Source of the DNA: Candidatus Zambryskiibacteriota bacterium
GTDB lineage: Bacteria > Patescibacteriota > Minisyncoccia > Phycocordibacterales > WO2-35-19
Reading direction: 5' to 3'
Assembly: GCA_043799105.1 (NCBI GenBank)
Contig: JAZDOB010000010.1
Span: 10,516-74,515, forward strand
Length of the DNA stretch: 64,000 nucleotides
Below are positions 9,584-19,937 of the stretch, one piece after another. Positions within the stretch are counted from its first letter, which is position 1. Every line of letters begins with the position of its first letter. The notes under the pieces were generated by a model. That model was not told the origin of the DNA, did not search any database, and saw only the letters and a program-made list of their open reading frames with translations. The translations under genes were made by a program, and so were the position numbers.

Positions 9584-10618
9584 ATGAAGCTTCTAGTTAT
9601 AACGCAAAAAGTTGACAAAGAGGATTCGGTTCTGGGCTTCTTTCACGGTTGGATTATAGAATTTTCAAAAAAATTTGAAAAGGTTGTTGTTATATGTCTG
9701 GAAAAAGGGGAATACGAATTACCCGGAAATGTTAAAGTTTTTTCTCTGGGAAAAGAATCTAAAAAAAGTAAAATTAAATATGTAAAAAACTTTTTTAACC
9801 TAATTCTTGGTTTACATAAAGAATATGATTCCGTTTTCGTCCATATGAACCAAGAATATATCGTTCTGGGAGGATTTCTCTGGAAAGTTATGAGAAAGAA
9901 GGTATTTTTTTGGAGAAATCACCCGAACGGAAATATTTTTACCAGAGTGGCAGTTTGGTTTTCTGACAAAGTTTTTTGTACTTCTAAATTTGCTTTTGTC
10001 GCTGGATACAAAAAGACGAGTTTAATGCCAGTGGGAGTCGATATTGAAAGATTTAAAGATTTAAAGATTGAAAGATTAAAAAAATCAATCCTGTTTTTGA
10101 GCAGGATGAGTCCAATAAAGAGACCGGATTTGCTTATTGAAGCTCTGGAAATTTTAAATAAGAAAAATATAAATTTTGTCTGCGATTTTTATGGAGACCC
10201 ATTGCCCAAAGATGAAAATTATTATAATTTGCTAAAAAATAGAGTAAAAGAATTGGGTTTGGAAAACAAAGTAAGTTTTTATAAAAGTGTGGCAAATTAT
10301 GAAACGCCCAAAATTTATAACGAGCATAACATCTTTGTGAATCTGACACCGACAGGAAGTTTTGACAAAACCATATTAGAAGCAGCGATTTGCGGATGTT
10401 TGCTGGTCATTGCAAATAAATTTCTTGTTGGAGAAATTGATAAAAAAATGATTACGGAAAAAAGAACCCCCGGTGATGTTGCCAAAGTAATTGATTTTTG
10501 GCTAAATGCTAATGATGAGGAAAAAAGAAAAGTTTCGGAAGAACTCCAAAAATATGTTTTGGAAAATCACAGCTTGGATGTTTTAATGAATAAACTAGTG
10601 AAGCTGATTATTGTTTAA
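9584..10618 (+). CDS. Glycosyltransferase (GT-B fold, GT4/GT1-like)
   Basis: Overall GT-B two-domain pattern; the C-terminal half has the GT4-like nucleotide-sugar binding region. Confidence 0.55.
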   Translation: MKLLVITQKVDKEDSVLGFFHGWIIEFSKKFEKVVVICLEKGEYELPGNVKVFSLGKESKKSKIKYVKNFFNLILGLHKEYDSVFVHMNQEYIVLGGFLWKVMRKKVFFWRNHPNGNIFTRVAVWFSDKVFCTSKFAFVAGYKKTSLMPVGVDIERFKDLKIERLKKSILFLSRMSPIKRPDLLIEALEILNKKNINFVCDFYGDPLPKDENYYNLLKNRVKELGLENKVSFYKSVANYETPKIYNEHNIFVNLTPTGSFDKTILEAAICGCLLVIANKFLVGEIDKKMITEKRTPGDVAKVIDFWLNANDEEKRKVSEELQKYVLENHSLDVLMNKLVKLIIV

Positions 10619-10641
10619 GATCAACAAATTAAAGTCAAAAA

Positions 10642-11385
10642 ATGATTAATAACAAGAAAATAATTATAGTATTGCCAGCCTACAACGCAGCGAAAACACT
10701 GAAAGTAACACTTGACGCTATACCCAAGGGCATAGTAGACGATATTATACTTGTTGATGATGCAAGTAGTGATAACACCGTAGAAGTAGCCAAAAAGCTT
10801 AGTCTGAAAGTGTTTGTTCATTCAAAAAATTTAGGTTATGGCGGTAATCAAAAAACTTGCTATAGGGAAGCTTTGAAATTGGGTGCCGATATTGTCGTAA
10901 TGGTTCATCCAGATTTTCAATATGATCCGGTATTTATCCCGGAAATGATAATGCCGATAGCGAATAATGAATGTGATGCGGTGTTCGGCTCTAGGATGAA
11001 AATTCGCGGGAATGCTCTAGTGGGGGGTATGCCCCGTTGGAAATTTTTGGCTAATATTTTTTTAACCAAAATAGAGAACTTTGTTTTGAACAACAACTTG
11101 ACCGAATATCATTCGGGTTTCCGTGCTTATAACAGGAGAGTTATGATGTTACCCTTGGGTTTGAATTCTGACGATTTTGTGTTTGATACGGAAATTATTG
11201 TACAAATGAAAATCGCTGGTTTGAAAATTAAGGAAATTCCCATTTCAACTAAATATTTTAAGGAAGCATCCCAGATAAATTTTAAAAGAAGTGTTCAGTA
11301 TGGACTTTCCATTTTGAATGTTATGAAAAAATATCTGCTTTTTAAATACAAGATAATAAATTACGAGCAGTTTCAAATTCAATGA
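10642..11385 (+). CDS. GT2 glycosyltransferase (polyprenol-phosphate sugar synthase-like, DPM1/GtrB-type)
   Basis: IIIVLPAYNAAKTL…DDIILVDDASSDNT…: GT2 DxD region. Confidence 0.8.
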   Translation: MINNKKIIIVLPAYNAAKTLKVTLDAIPKGIVDDIILVDDASSDNTVEVAKKLSLKVFVHSKNLGYGGNQKTCYREALKLGADIVVMVHPDFQYDPVFIPEMIMPIANNECDAVFGSRMKIRGNALVGGMPRWKFLANIFLTKIENFVLNNNLTEYHSGFRAYNRRVMMLPLGLNSDDFVFDTEIIVQMKIAGLKIKEIPISTKYFKEASQINFKRSVQYGLSILNVMKKYLLFKYKIINYEQFQIQ

Positions 11386-12461
11386 AGAATTTTTTAATAA
11401 AAAACAAATTTTTGGTGGCGATCATGCTTTTTGCCGTTTTAAATATTTTTGTTTCTTATTATTATATCGGATATAATCCCGACCTTGGGAAAAAAGATGC
11501 TTACGAATATTCTGAAGCTGCCAGATTTTTGCAGGGTAATTCAGCAAATGACAATATGCAGCTAAACAGAGTGTTGACCACACCGCTCTTCCTCTACTCT
11601 TCCATTTCTGTCAACTATTTTTTTAATGATTTCAGTTTAAGTTTTGCTACTGTTAATGTTGTTTTTTATTTTCTTTGTGTTTTTGTTTTTTATCTTCTGG
11701 CATTTGAAATATATAAAGAAGAAAAAGTGGCAATATTAAGCTCTATTTTAGTTTCCTCTAATTTTTACATGATAGATCCTGGCAATTTGCACCTAGCTGA
11801 TTTTGGCGGTTGGTTTTTCTTCATTCTCGGCACTTTTTTAGCCGTTAAATACATAAATACATTTAATAGAAAGTTTTATTATCTATCAATTATAGTTTCG
11901 GCAGTCGGTGTTTTATTCAAAGAATATGGCGGTTTGGCGGTGGGGAATTTAATTTTGCTTATTTGCATTTCTGATATTCCATGGAGACAAAAATTAAAGG
12001 ATGTTTTAATTGCTGTTTCTTTGGTTTTGGCGCCTATTTTGTCATTTCACATTTTTATTTATTTGAAATATCACTACTTGTATTTTGACAGATATGTGGC
12101 TGTCGGGCGGTATGTCTCTCTTGAGACTCCAAAGAATTTTATTCTGCTCGTAAAAATTTTGGGTTGGCTGTTTTCTTTTGGTTGGTTGGCTTTTTGTTAT
12201 GGCGCATGGAAGGAATTAAAAACAAAAGATAAGAGGCGAATAAAAATTCTACTGGCCATTTTACCCGTCACTTTAACATTTTATTTTTGGCCGTCCATCA
12301 CCCAAAGATTAGCTGTGATGTTTATGATGTGGTTAGCTCTTATCGCCGGTTTCGGACTCTCCAAAATAAAATGGTATTGGTTGTATTTGTTCTTGGTAAT
12401 CTATATTGTATTTAACTATAATATAGAATCTCTAATTAAAATAATTAACCTGCCTTTTTAA
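11382..12461 (+). CDS. Polytopic membrane protein, probable GT-C-type glycosyltransferase or flippase-like component
   Basis: ~10 predicted TM helices and no soluble domain. Embedded in the glycosylation operon with coupled start. Confidence 0.4.
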   Translation: MKNFLIKNKFLVAIMLFAVLNIFVSYYYIGYNPDLGKKDAYEYSEAARFLQGNSANDNMQLNRVLTTPLFLYSSISVNYFFNDFSLSFATVNVVFYFLCVFVFYLLAFEIYKEEKVAILSSILVSSNFYMIDPGNLHLADFGGWFFFILGTFLAVKYINTFNRKFYYLSIIVSAVGVLFKEYGGLAVGNLILLICISDIPWRQKLKDVLIAVSLVLAPILSFHIFIYLKYHYLYFDRYVAVGRYVSLETPKNFILLVKILGWLFSFGWLAFCYGAWKELKTKDKRRIKILLAILPVTLTFYFWPSITQRLAVMFMMWLALIAGFGLSKIKWYWLYLFLVIYIVFNYNIESLIKIINLPF

Positions 12462-12471
12462 CCCATAAATC

Positions 12472-13188
12472 ATGTATAAAAATAAAAAAGTAAGCGTAGT
12501 TATACCAACCTATAATGAAGCCGAAAGCATCAGGGGAGTTATAGATGGTTTTTTTGAAACCGGTCTGGTTGACGAAGTGGTGGCAGTGGATAATAACGCT
12601 CTTGGAAATACTGAAGAAGAAATAAAAAAAACCAAAGCGACTTATGTTAAGGAAAGCAAAAAACAAGGATATGGTTTTGCTTTGATGAGGGGTTTAGAAG
12701 AGGCAAAAGGGGATTTGATTATAATGACGGAAGCCGACGGCACTTTCTTGTCCAAAGATGTTGAAAAACTTTTGTCTTACAGCGATGAATTTGACGCTGT
12801 CTTGGGCACACGCACTTCCCGTTCGGCTATCTGGTCCGGTGCCTTTATGCCTTTTCCTGTGCGCTTTGGCAATTGGTTGTGGGCAAAAATAATCGAAGTT
12901 TTATTTAATGGACCGGTTTTGACAGATGTTGGTTGCACCTATAAATTGATTTCTCGTAAAACTCTGGAAAAAATAAGACCACTGTTTCCAATGTCAAAAG
13001 GTGATGGCAAGTTTTCTCCAGAGCTTATGATTTGGCTTATAAAGAAAGACGTCTCCCTTATAGAAGTCCCCGTTATTTTTAAAGAAAGAGTTGGGCAGTC
13101 GATGTATACAGGCAGTACTTGGAAAGCGGCAAAGCTCGGGTTTAGGATGTTGCCTCTGATTATTAGATACAAATTTAGGAAAATATAA
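12472..13188 (+). CDS. GT2 glycosyltransferase (DPM1-like polyprenol-phosphate sugar synthase)
   Basis: KKVSVVIPTYNEAESI…VVAVDNNALGNT… GT2 fold. Confidence 0.8.
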   Translation: MYKNKKVSVVIPTYNEAESIRGVIDGFFETGLVDEVVAVDNNALGNTEEEIKKTKATYVKESKKQGYGFALMRGLEEAKGDLIIMTEADGTFLSKDVEKLLSYSDEFDAVLGTRTSRSAIWSGAFMPFPVRFGNWLWAKIIEVLFNGPVLTDVGCTYKLISRKTLEKIRPLFPMSKGDGKFSPELMIWLIKKDVSLIEVPVIFKERVGQSMYTGSTWKAAKLGFRMLPLIIRYKFRKI

Positions 13189-13195
13189 AACAATA

Positions 13196-13225
13196 CAGCT
13201 CGCTCCATGTTTTCGGAGCGAGCTG
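13196..13225. terminator. Bidirectional intrinsic terminator between convergent genes
   Basis: Perfect hairpin cagctcgctcc-atgttttc-ggagcgagctg with U-rich flanks on both strands. It lies between the + gene ending at 13188 and the - gene ending at 13229. Confidence 0.6.
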
Positions 13226-13228
13226 TTA

Positions 13229-13810
13229 CTAACTTGCCGGCTGACTGAAATTCCGCCGGATCATAAACTCAAGAACCGGTTTCCAGCGATAAGCCAAGAA
13301 GTCGGCGATAAGGTTAATCAAAAACCAGACTCGCCAGTATCTCTGAAACCACATGGGGTTTTTTTCGTCTGCTGCTTCCCAAGCCGGTACTGATTGGAAG
13401 CAAATTTCGGATTTTGGAAAAAAATATTTCCAAACTCGTTTGCATCGGCGCGAATGTGCCCCTTCAGACACAACGATTATCTTTTGTGTCGATCTTCTGG
13501 CTAAGCTTGTGGCCAATTTGATGATCTCGCATTCATCAGTGGAACTACTTACTTGGCCCACATAAAGGCTGTTTGGTAACACAACCCTTTTGATTTTTTG
13601 CTCAAGATTGTTGGAATTCTTTGAAAACGAACCCCAAGCAACTAAAGCTCGTGGGTATCGGTCAGATAAATTTCTGGCCAAGTCCATGACTTTTTGCGAG
13701 CTGTTCGTCAGACGATCCTTGGTCGCGGCGTATGAAATTACAGCAATAACGTCTGCTTTTTCGGGAAGTGGGTCATTTAAGGCCCACTTTTTAGCAAGCC
13801 ATTTAAGCAT
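13229..13810 (-). CDS. DUF218 (YdcF/ElyC-like) domain protein
   Basis: Shares an architecture/motif pattern with the two DUF218 paralogs at 36.7-38.0 kb (…IIVVSEGAHSRRCKRVW… vs …LVIVTSTYHIPRVKRTVGKF…). Confidence 0.5.
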   Translation of the reverse strand: MLKWLAKKWALNDPLPEKADVIAVISYAATKDRLTNSSQKVMDLARNLSDRYPRALVAWGSFSKNSNNLEQKIKRVVLPNSLYVGQVSSSTDECEIIKLATSLARRSTQKIIVVSEGAHSRRCKRVWKYFFPKSEICFQSVPAWEAADEKNPMWFQRYWRVWFLINLIADFLAYRWKPVLEFMIRRNFSQPAS

Positions 13811-13913
13811 ATTTTCACCCTGCCTTTCTGTTGTAGATTATAGCATACTCTGTTTAAAAATGCAAGAGGTGTTTTATGTTTATTTTAGGCCATTTTTTTG
13901 ATAAACTTTTTGT

Positions 13914-15401
13914 ATGAATTTGAAGTTATTTATTTTGGAAAACAGAAAAAAAATAATCTTGTTTTCTATTTTTATTTTAGCTATCTTTCTAATTACATTT
14001 CATTTTACAGATACTCCGAAAGTTTGGATTGATGAGGGTATATTTACAAACATTGCGGAGAATCTTTCTTTGCACGGGGTTTATGGAATTCAGACAGAAC
14101 CCGGTTCCTTTTTTCGGTCTGCAACTTTATTTACCACAAACTATCCAGTTATTTTTCCTGTGGCTGCCTCTTTTAAACTTTTCAATGTAGGACTTTGGCA
14201 GGCTAGATTGCCAATGATTATTTACATGTTTTTGTTGGTAGTTATTTTTTATTTATTTGTAAACAAAAGATATGGTTTTTATTCCGCCATAACCTCAGTA
14301 TTATTGCTTGTTTCTTTTGCGCCTTTCTACGGTAACGGAAGACCGGTTCAAGGAGAAGTGCCGGGTTTGGTTTTTCTAATTCTAGGATCACTTTTTCTGG
14401 CATATCTAGAGGGGGTTAATTTTGAAAGTAAAAAGTTGGCCATATTTTCTGGTCTTTTTTTGGGTTTGGCAGCGGCAACCAAGACACTTTATCTACTATT
14501 GCTTATAGTGGCATTACCCCTGGCGTTAATTTTTTGTATTAAGCAAATTCGAGATAAAAAAAATATACTGTTATTGCTAGTAACATTTCTTGTTCCTATC
14601 ATTTTATTATTTAGAATCAATTATCCAACTTTGGATTCAATGGCACAAATTATTCCAACTATTATTCACCAATCAGGTAATAATGGCGCTTCAACCATGT
14701 CTGATACTTCATTCTCGCTTTTTAATACTGTTATTGTTAATTTATCCAGATTTGTGAAAGAATCCACCCCAATTCTTTTTCTTTTTCTTTTTATTCCAGT
14801 CGCATTTACTTTTATTAGACGACATTTAAAAAAAGAAAATTGGAACATTAGTATTACTGACTACCTAATTTTTTTTGTTATTGTTTTGAATTGGCTTGGT
14901 TACCTTCTTGGAACCGGCTGGTACCGTTATTTTTTTCCCGCTAATGTTTTACTATACTTATTTTTTCCAGTTTCTATTGTGACTATGGCGGGTTTTTTCA
15001 AAAAAGAGATATTTAAAAAAATTGCAATTGGGGGAGTTGTCATGTTGATTTTATTTCAATTTTTTCATTTAATATTTCTTTCAATCACTTCTTTCGTTTC
15101 TATAAATACGACGAATGTTGAAACATCCAAAGCATTATCCATTGTGCCACCAACTCAAAGAGTTTTATTTTATAACACGATTGCATCGGTTGTTTTATTA
15201 AAAGGGGGAAATTACTCTCAATATCTGACTTTGCCTGGACTGTTTGAATTAGGAGATAAGAATAGCTTAAACAATACTTCCAACGAGTTTATTTTTATTA
15301 GTAATAATGACGAAATGATCAATAAAATTCCGTCTTGTTATATAAAAACATCGACTGGCAAATATAATTTGTTCAAGAAAACAACCGGTTGCGATAAATA
15401 A
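13914..15401 (+). CDS. GT-C fold membrane glycosyltransferase (ArnT/PMT, GT39/GT83-like), paralog A
   Basis: Polytopic N-terminal half with a periplasmic C-terminal domain. Gene start and first residues parallel the gene at 17114 (…ctttttgtATGAATTTGAA… / …ctttttgtATGAATTTTGA…). Confidence 0.5.
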   Translation: MNLKLFILENRKKIILFSIFILAIFLITFHFTDTPKVWIDEGIFTNIAENLSLHGVYGIQTEPGSFFRSATLFTTNYPVIFPVAASFKLFNVGLWQARLPMIIYMFLLVVIFYLFVNKRYGFYSAITSVLLLVSFAPFYGNGRPVQGEVPGLVFLILGSLFLAYLEGVNFESKKLAIFSGLFLGLAAATKTLYLLLLIVALPLALIFCIKQIRDKKNILLLLVTFLVPIILLFRINYPTLDSMAQIIPTIIHQSGNNGASTMSDTSFSLFNTVIVNLSRFVKESTPILFLFLFIPVAFTFIRRHLKKENWNISITDYLIFFVIVLNWLGYLLGTGWYRYFFPANVLLYLFFPVSIVTMAGFFKKEIFKKIAIGGVVMLILFQFFHLIFLSITSFVSINTTNVETSKALSIVPPTQRVLFYNTIASVVLLKGGNYSQYLTLPGLFELGDKNSLNNTSNEFIFISNNDEMINKIPSCYIKTSTGKYNLFKKTTGCDK

Positions 15402-15421
15402 ATTCAAGAACCTCTCTGATT

Positions 15422-16327
15422 TTAAGGAAAAGATTTTAAAAAATATCTTGGGTTTATATGGAGATCGTCTGAAACATTTGCGCTTAATGATTCTTTTCGT
15501 ATCCACAAAAGTCTTTCTAACCCATCCAGTACAGCTTTTTTGTTAATTTTTGTGATGGCAGAGTAAACAACTTGAACAAAAATTCTTGGGACAGGAAAAA
15601 AAATAGGGGTTTTTTTCTTAAATTTACATATTCTTTCCACCACCTGTTTTAGTGATAAATTTTCTGGTCCCGTAAGTGTGTATGTTTTACCATAAGAGAG
15701 TTTATTATCAACAGTAGCTAAAATGCCAGCTCGCACGTCATCTATATGTATTGGAGCGATGGTTGTATTTTTGTCAACAGCATAAGGAACGACGAAACTT
15801 TTTTCAACGAGAGAAACTATTTTTCCAAGACCTTCTGCTCTAGTAAAACTTTCATCATATGCTTCACCAACCCGGATAATTGTGTAAGGGATTTTGCTAT
15901 TTTTAGTATATTCTTCGGCTTTTTCTTTTGATGCTCCATATGCTCCACACTGGCTTCCTATTGTTCGAGTGCTAATATAAATAAATTGTTTGGCATTTTT
16001 TTCTTCGGCTATTTTAACAAGTTTTTTTGTGCCAAGAGTATTTATTTTCTCATAATTTTTTGGGTTATTAGTGTGGGATATGGAAGCAAGATGAATAACA
16101 ATATCTATGGAGGGTATTTCTGTTTGCCAGGCTGAAATATCTTCCATTCCTCCGTTGATTACTTTAATTTCTCCAGATGTTTTTAGCGGTTTATTATGTT
16201 TAAGAACCGTAATGTCGTACACATTTTTTAGTTTATCTATTAAACCCTCGCCCAGAAAACTGCTTGCTCCAGTTATGAATATTTTCTTCCTCATTTTTTT
16301 AGAATTCTTGATTCTCTCATTCGCCAA
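15422..16327 (-). CDS. NAD(P)-dependent epimerase/dehydratase (SDR family)
   Basis: Rossmann motif KIFITGASSFLGEGLIDKL. Length and pattern match nucleotide-sugar epimerase/reductase enzymes. Confidence 0.75.
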   Translation of the reverse strand: MANERIKNSKKMRKKIFITGASSFLGEGLIDKLKNVYDITVLKHNKPLKTSGEIKVINGGMEDISAWQTEIPSIDIVIHLASISHTNNPKNYEKINTLGTKKLVKIAEEKNAKQFIYISTRTIGSQCGAYGASKEKAEEYTKNSKIPYTIIRVGEAYDESFTRAEGLGKIVSLVEKSFVVPYAVDKNTTIAPIHIDDVRAGILATVDNKLSYGKTYTLTGPENLSLKQVVERICKFKKKTPIFFPVPRIFVQVVYSAITKINKKAVLDGLERLLWIRKESLSANVSDDLHINPRYFLKSFP

Positions 16328-17022
16328 ACAATAATATTTTTTATAAACTCAATATTGGCTTTAAGGGAGATAAAAGAAGGACGCTCCGGATTTTTTTTAA
16401 ATACAACTTCCATTTCGCCGATACGAAAGTTATTTCGACTAGCTTTTATCATAATCTCGGCATCAATAAACCAGTCATTGGATTCCAGATTTAATTTGTT
16501 ATAGGCCTCACGTGTAAAAATTTTAGGCTTGCCGTTTATATCATTTGAAATAATTCCGGGAAATAGTAATTGCATAATTCCATTAAATATGCGGGAAATA
16601 AATTTGCGATATATCCCATCACCACGTAAAATTCGTTTTCCTTTACACAGATCTAGTTTCTCGTCCACAAGTTTTTTGTAAAGTTTTGGTATGTCTTCTG
16701 GGGGCATTTGATCGTCACCGTCAATTACGGCAATAGTGCTACCCGTGGCCGCTTCCAGTCCGGAGCGCATATCCCAGCTCATGCCGTGTGTCTTATCTGT
16801 TTTTTTCTTAATGACCGATATCGTTCTGTCTTCGCTTATTGCTATTTGGCGGACTACCTCTGGAGTAATGTCACCCTTATTGGCCCAGAAGTTGCCAACA
16901 AGAACTATTTCATAATCCAAGTTATTGTTCTGCAGAATTTTTGCTACTTTTTGGTAGAATACTTTGGCGAAGTTACCAGCTTTATAACACAATATAACCA
17001 CCGAGATTTTGGGAATTGTCAT
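16291..17022 (-). CDS. GT2 glycosyltransferase
   Basis: ISVVILCYKAGNFAKV…IAVIDGDDQMPPEDI (GT2 DxD). Confidence 0.75.
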   Translation of the reverse strand: MTIPKISVVILCYKAGNFAKVFYQKVAKILQNNNLDYEIVLVGNFWANKGDITPEVVRQIAISEDRTISVIKKKTDKTHGMSWDMRSGLEAATGSTIAVIDGDDQMPPEDIPKLYKKLVDEKLDLCKGKRILRGDGIYRKFISRIFNGIMQLLFPGIISNDINGKPKIFTREAYNKLNLESNDWFIDAEIMIKASRNNFRIGEMEVVFKKNPERPSFISLKANIEFIKNIIVWRMRESRILKK

Positions 17023-17113
17023 ATATATTAAAGTAATATATCATGAATTCATACAAATTTCATATCTAAAAAATTATCTTTATATAAAGTTGTTTTTATG
17101 GTAGCCTTTTTGT

Positions 17114-18841
17114 ATGAATTTTGAATTTTTACGTAGAAAAGAGCTGGCTTGGTTCATAGTTTTACTGGCCATTTTTGCGGTTTTACGTTTACCGGCAATT
17201 CATTCTCCCTATCATCAGGATGAATATAAGTGGGTGCAATATGCTCATCCAGAAATAACACTGCCCGGTACTGTGCCACATCCGCCATTAACGGAATTTA
17301 TTTATGCCAAAACTCTCGGGCCCCTTTTGGGCGATAGCAATTTTCGTTTTATTCCCTTGATTTTTAGCGTTGCCAACCTGTTTCTGATCTTTTATTTAGC
17401 CAAAATCATTTTTGACCCATTGGACAAGCTCAGAGCAAGCAAGACTGCATTTTGGACGGCTTTTCTTTTTGTCACTTCTTTTTACTCCGTTCTCGCATCA
17501 CTGATGGTTGATGTTGATGGGGCAATTATGCCGATGTTTTTCTTAATTATGGCGATTGGATATTTTAAGCTTAAGACTTCGGGTTTTGAGCTTAGAGAAG
17601 GAAATTGGAAGTGGTTGGTCTTGTTAATTGTTGGGGCCGTGGGCGGGTTCTTGATTAAAGTCAGTGCTGTTCTTCCCATTTGTGCACTCGCTTTGGATTT
17701 TGCCATAGAGAAGGGTGCGTTTAGAGATAAAAGAAAAATAATAAAATATATCGTCTTTAGTTTTTTGGGCGCGGTTAGTTTGGTTGCGGTTTTGTTTTTG
17801 GCAAGATTTGTTTTTCCATTCTTTAATCTGGAATACTCATTTAATTATTGGAAACATTTTGCAAATTCATCCGGTTTTTTTGATAGGGGATGGCTCCAGA
17901 CGTTTATTCAGTTTGTAAAGGCCATTCTTTATACCTCGCCACTCTTACTTTTGCCGGCATTTTTCATAGACAAAGAAATTTGGCGAAAACTTAGACCCTT
18001 CTTTTTCTTTATTTTCATTGGTCTTATGTTCTACCTTTTTGTTTTTGATTTTTCCATTGGAGCGTTGGACAGGTATTTCCAATTTTTAGTGGTACCCCTT
18101 TGTATTATTTCAGGGGCTGTATTTGCAAAGATATTTAGGAACAAAGAAATAAAGCTGAAGAAAGAAGATTTTATTACGGTATTTATAATAACAATTTCAA
18201 TTTTTGCTCTTCAGTTTTTCAATCACACCGTACCACCTCTTTACCCAAAAACAGAATGGCTAAGCCGACTTCTTTCTCTCGAATGGAATTTCCTTTTTCC
18301 TTTTACTGGTGGATCCGGACCTCTGGGTTTTTATATTTCTTTTATTTTTATGGCTCTGTCATACATTTGCTCTGCCGTTCTTGCGGTTGCAATATGTATC
18401 AAAAAAGAGCTGAAACATAAAGTTTTTGCTGTAATTTTAATCATAGGCCTAGTTTATAATTTCTCTTTTATTGAAGAATATCTTTTTGGCAAAATAAACG
18501 GTTCAGCTCCGAAATTACTTTACGATGTCACGGAATTTATAAAAAACGATCCAGATATAAAAGCTGTGACAGTTTATAATGATAACGGTGGCTATGAAAT
18601 AATGAAAATAGGGAAGTACAGAAGAAGGCTTTATACCAGCCCGGCTTTTGATGTAAATCAGAAAATATCCACATTGAACGCTACCAAAGATTATTATCTG
18701 GAAATAAATATTCCACGGATAGACCCAAACAGTGTTTTCCGGAAATATTTTGATTCGTGCAATGTCGCTTATAGAGAAACAGATAAAAGTATTTCTGCGA
18801 CAGTTTATGATTGTAGAAATGCTCCTGATATAAAAAATTGA
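17114..18841 (+). CDS. GT-C fold membrane glycosyltransferase (GT39/ArnT-like), paralog B
   Basis: ≥10 TM helices (…HSPYHQDEYKWVQYA… loop) followed by a soluble C-terminal domain. Paralogous start region shared with 13914. Confidence 0.55.
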   Translation: MNFEFLRRKELAWFIVLLAIFAVLRLPAIHSPYHQDEYKWVQYAHPEITLPGTVPHPPLTEFIYAKTLGPLLGDSNFRFIPLIFSVANLFLIFYLAKIIFDPLDKLRASKTAFWTAFLFVTSFYSVLASLMVDVDGAIMPMFFLIMAIGYFKLKTSGFELREGNWKWLVLLIVGAVGGFLIKVSAVLPICALALDFAIEKGAFRDKRKIIKYIVFSFLGAVSLVAVLFLARFVFPFFNLEYSFNYWKHFANSSGFFDRGWLQTFIQFVKAILYTSPLLLLPAFFIDKEIWRKLRPFFFFIFIGLMFYLFVFDFSIGALDRYFQFLVVPLCIISGAVFAKIFRNKEIKLKKEDFITVFIITISIFALQFFNHTVPPLYPKTEWLSRLLSLEWNFLFPFTGGSGPLGFYISFIFMALSYICSAVLAVAICIKKELKHKVFAVILIIGLVYNFSFIEEYLFGKINGSAPKLLYDVTEFIKNDPDIKAVTVYNDNGGYEIMKIGKYRRRLYTSPAFDVNQKISTLNATKDYYLEINIPRIDPNSVFRKYFDSCNVAYRETDKSISATVYDCRNAPDIKN

Positions 18842-18854
18842 TAGAACTAAGTTT

Positions 18855-19937
18855 ATGAAAGTCTGCTATTTGATTCATGATATTAATCCTGTTAATGGCG
18901 GAGGTCGCTTGGTATTTGAATTGGTAAAAAATTTAGACAAAGATATTGTCACGGAAATTAAATTTTTAACTCAAATCAACAGCAGTAATAATGCCGAGGA
19001 AACAATTTTGCCCAACAGTATTGCTGGGCTAATTTTTTCTTTACCTAAAATACGTAATGCTTTGAAAAAATATGACATTATTCACGCCTTTGATGTTTTC
19101 CCTTACGGTATTATTACTGCGATAGCATTAATAGGTCTGAAGAAAAAATTTATTATTACCGTTGTTGGTAGCGGTTCCGTTAAACCTCTGCATAGTTTCT
19201 GGAGGCTGTGGTTTTCGGAATGGGCTCTTAAAAAAGCCGATAAAATAATTTCAATCAGTTCTTATACTGCCGAAGAAATTGAAAAAAAGGTTTCTGATGT
19301 AGAAATCGATATCATAAATCCGGGAGTAGATTATGATTATTTCAACAATCTTCCAAAAGATAATAGTTTTACTGATACCCGTCCCTATATTTTATCTGTT
19401 GGCGCAATTAAATCGCGTAAGGGGTATGAGATAAGTTTAAGAGTTTTTGCAGAAATAAACGCAAGTTTACCGCAATTAAAATATATAATTGTTGGCGCGG
19501 GTAGGGATAAATATTTTGAAAAACTGAAAAATTTAATAAAAGAACTGCATATTGAAGAAAAGGTGGTATTCAAAAAAGATATTTCTCGTGAGGAATTAGT
19601 TTCTTTATATAAGGGGGCAGAACTGTTTTTATTGTTGTCGCAGAATGATAATTACGATGTTGAAGGATTCGGTCTGGTTTTTCTTGAAGCGGCCGCCTGT
19701 GGGTTGCCTGTAATCGGCAGTACGAATTGCGGGGCTGAAGATGCTATCTGGAATGGAGGAAATGGATTTTTGGTAGATCCAAAAAATATAAGTAAAGCCA
19801 AAAAATATGCTCTAATAATTTTAAAAAACTTCGAGATGAAGTATAAATTTAAAGATAAATCTCTCGAGTTTGCCAGAAAAATGAGTTGGCAAAATGCGGC
19901 CCAAAAATATCTAAATATTTATAAAGAGCTATCATGA
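18855..19937 (+). CDS. Glycosyltransferase family 4
   Basis: …EGFGLVFLEAAACGLPVIGSTNCGAEDAIWNGGNGFLVDP…. Confidence 0.8.
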   Translation: MKVCYLIHDINPVNGGGRLVFELVKNLDKDIVTEIKFLTQINSSNNAEETILPNSIAGLIFSLPKIRNALKKYDIIHAFDVFPYGIITAIALIGLKKKFIITVVGSGSVKPLHSFWRLWFSEWALKKADKIISISSYTAEEIEKKVSDVEIDIINPGVDYDYFNNLPKDNSFTDTRPYILSVGAIKSRKGYEISLRVFAEINASLPQLKYIIVGAGRDKYFEKLKNLIKELHIEEKVVFKKDISREELVSLYKGAELFLLLSQNDNYDVEGFGLVFLEAAACGLPVIGSTNCGAEDAIWNGGNGFLVDPKNISKAKKYALIILKNFEMKYKFKDKSLEFARKMSWQNAAQKYLNIYKELS

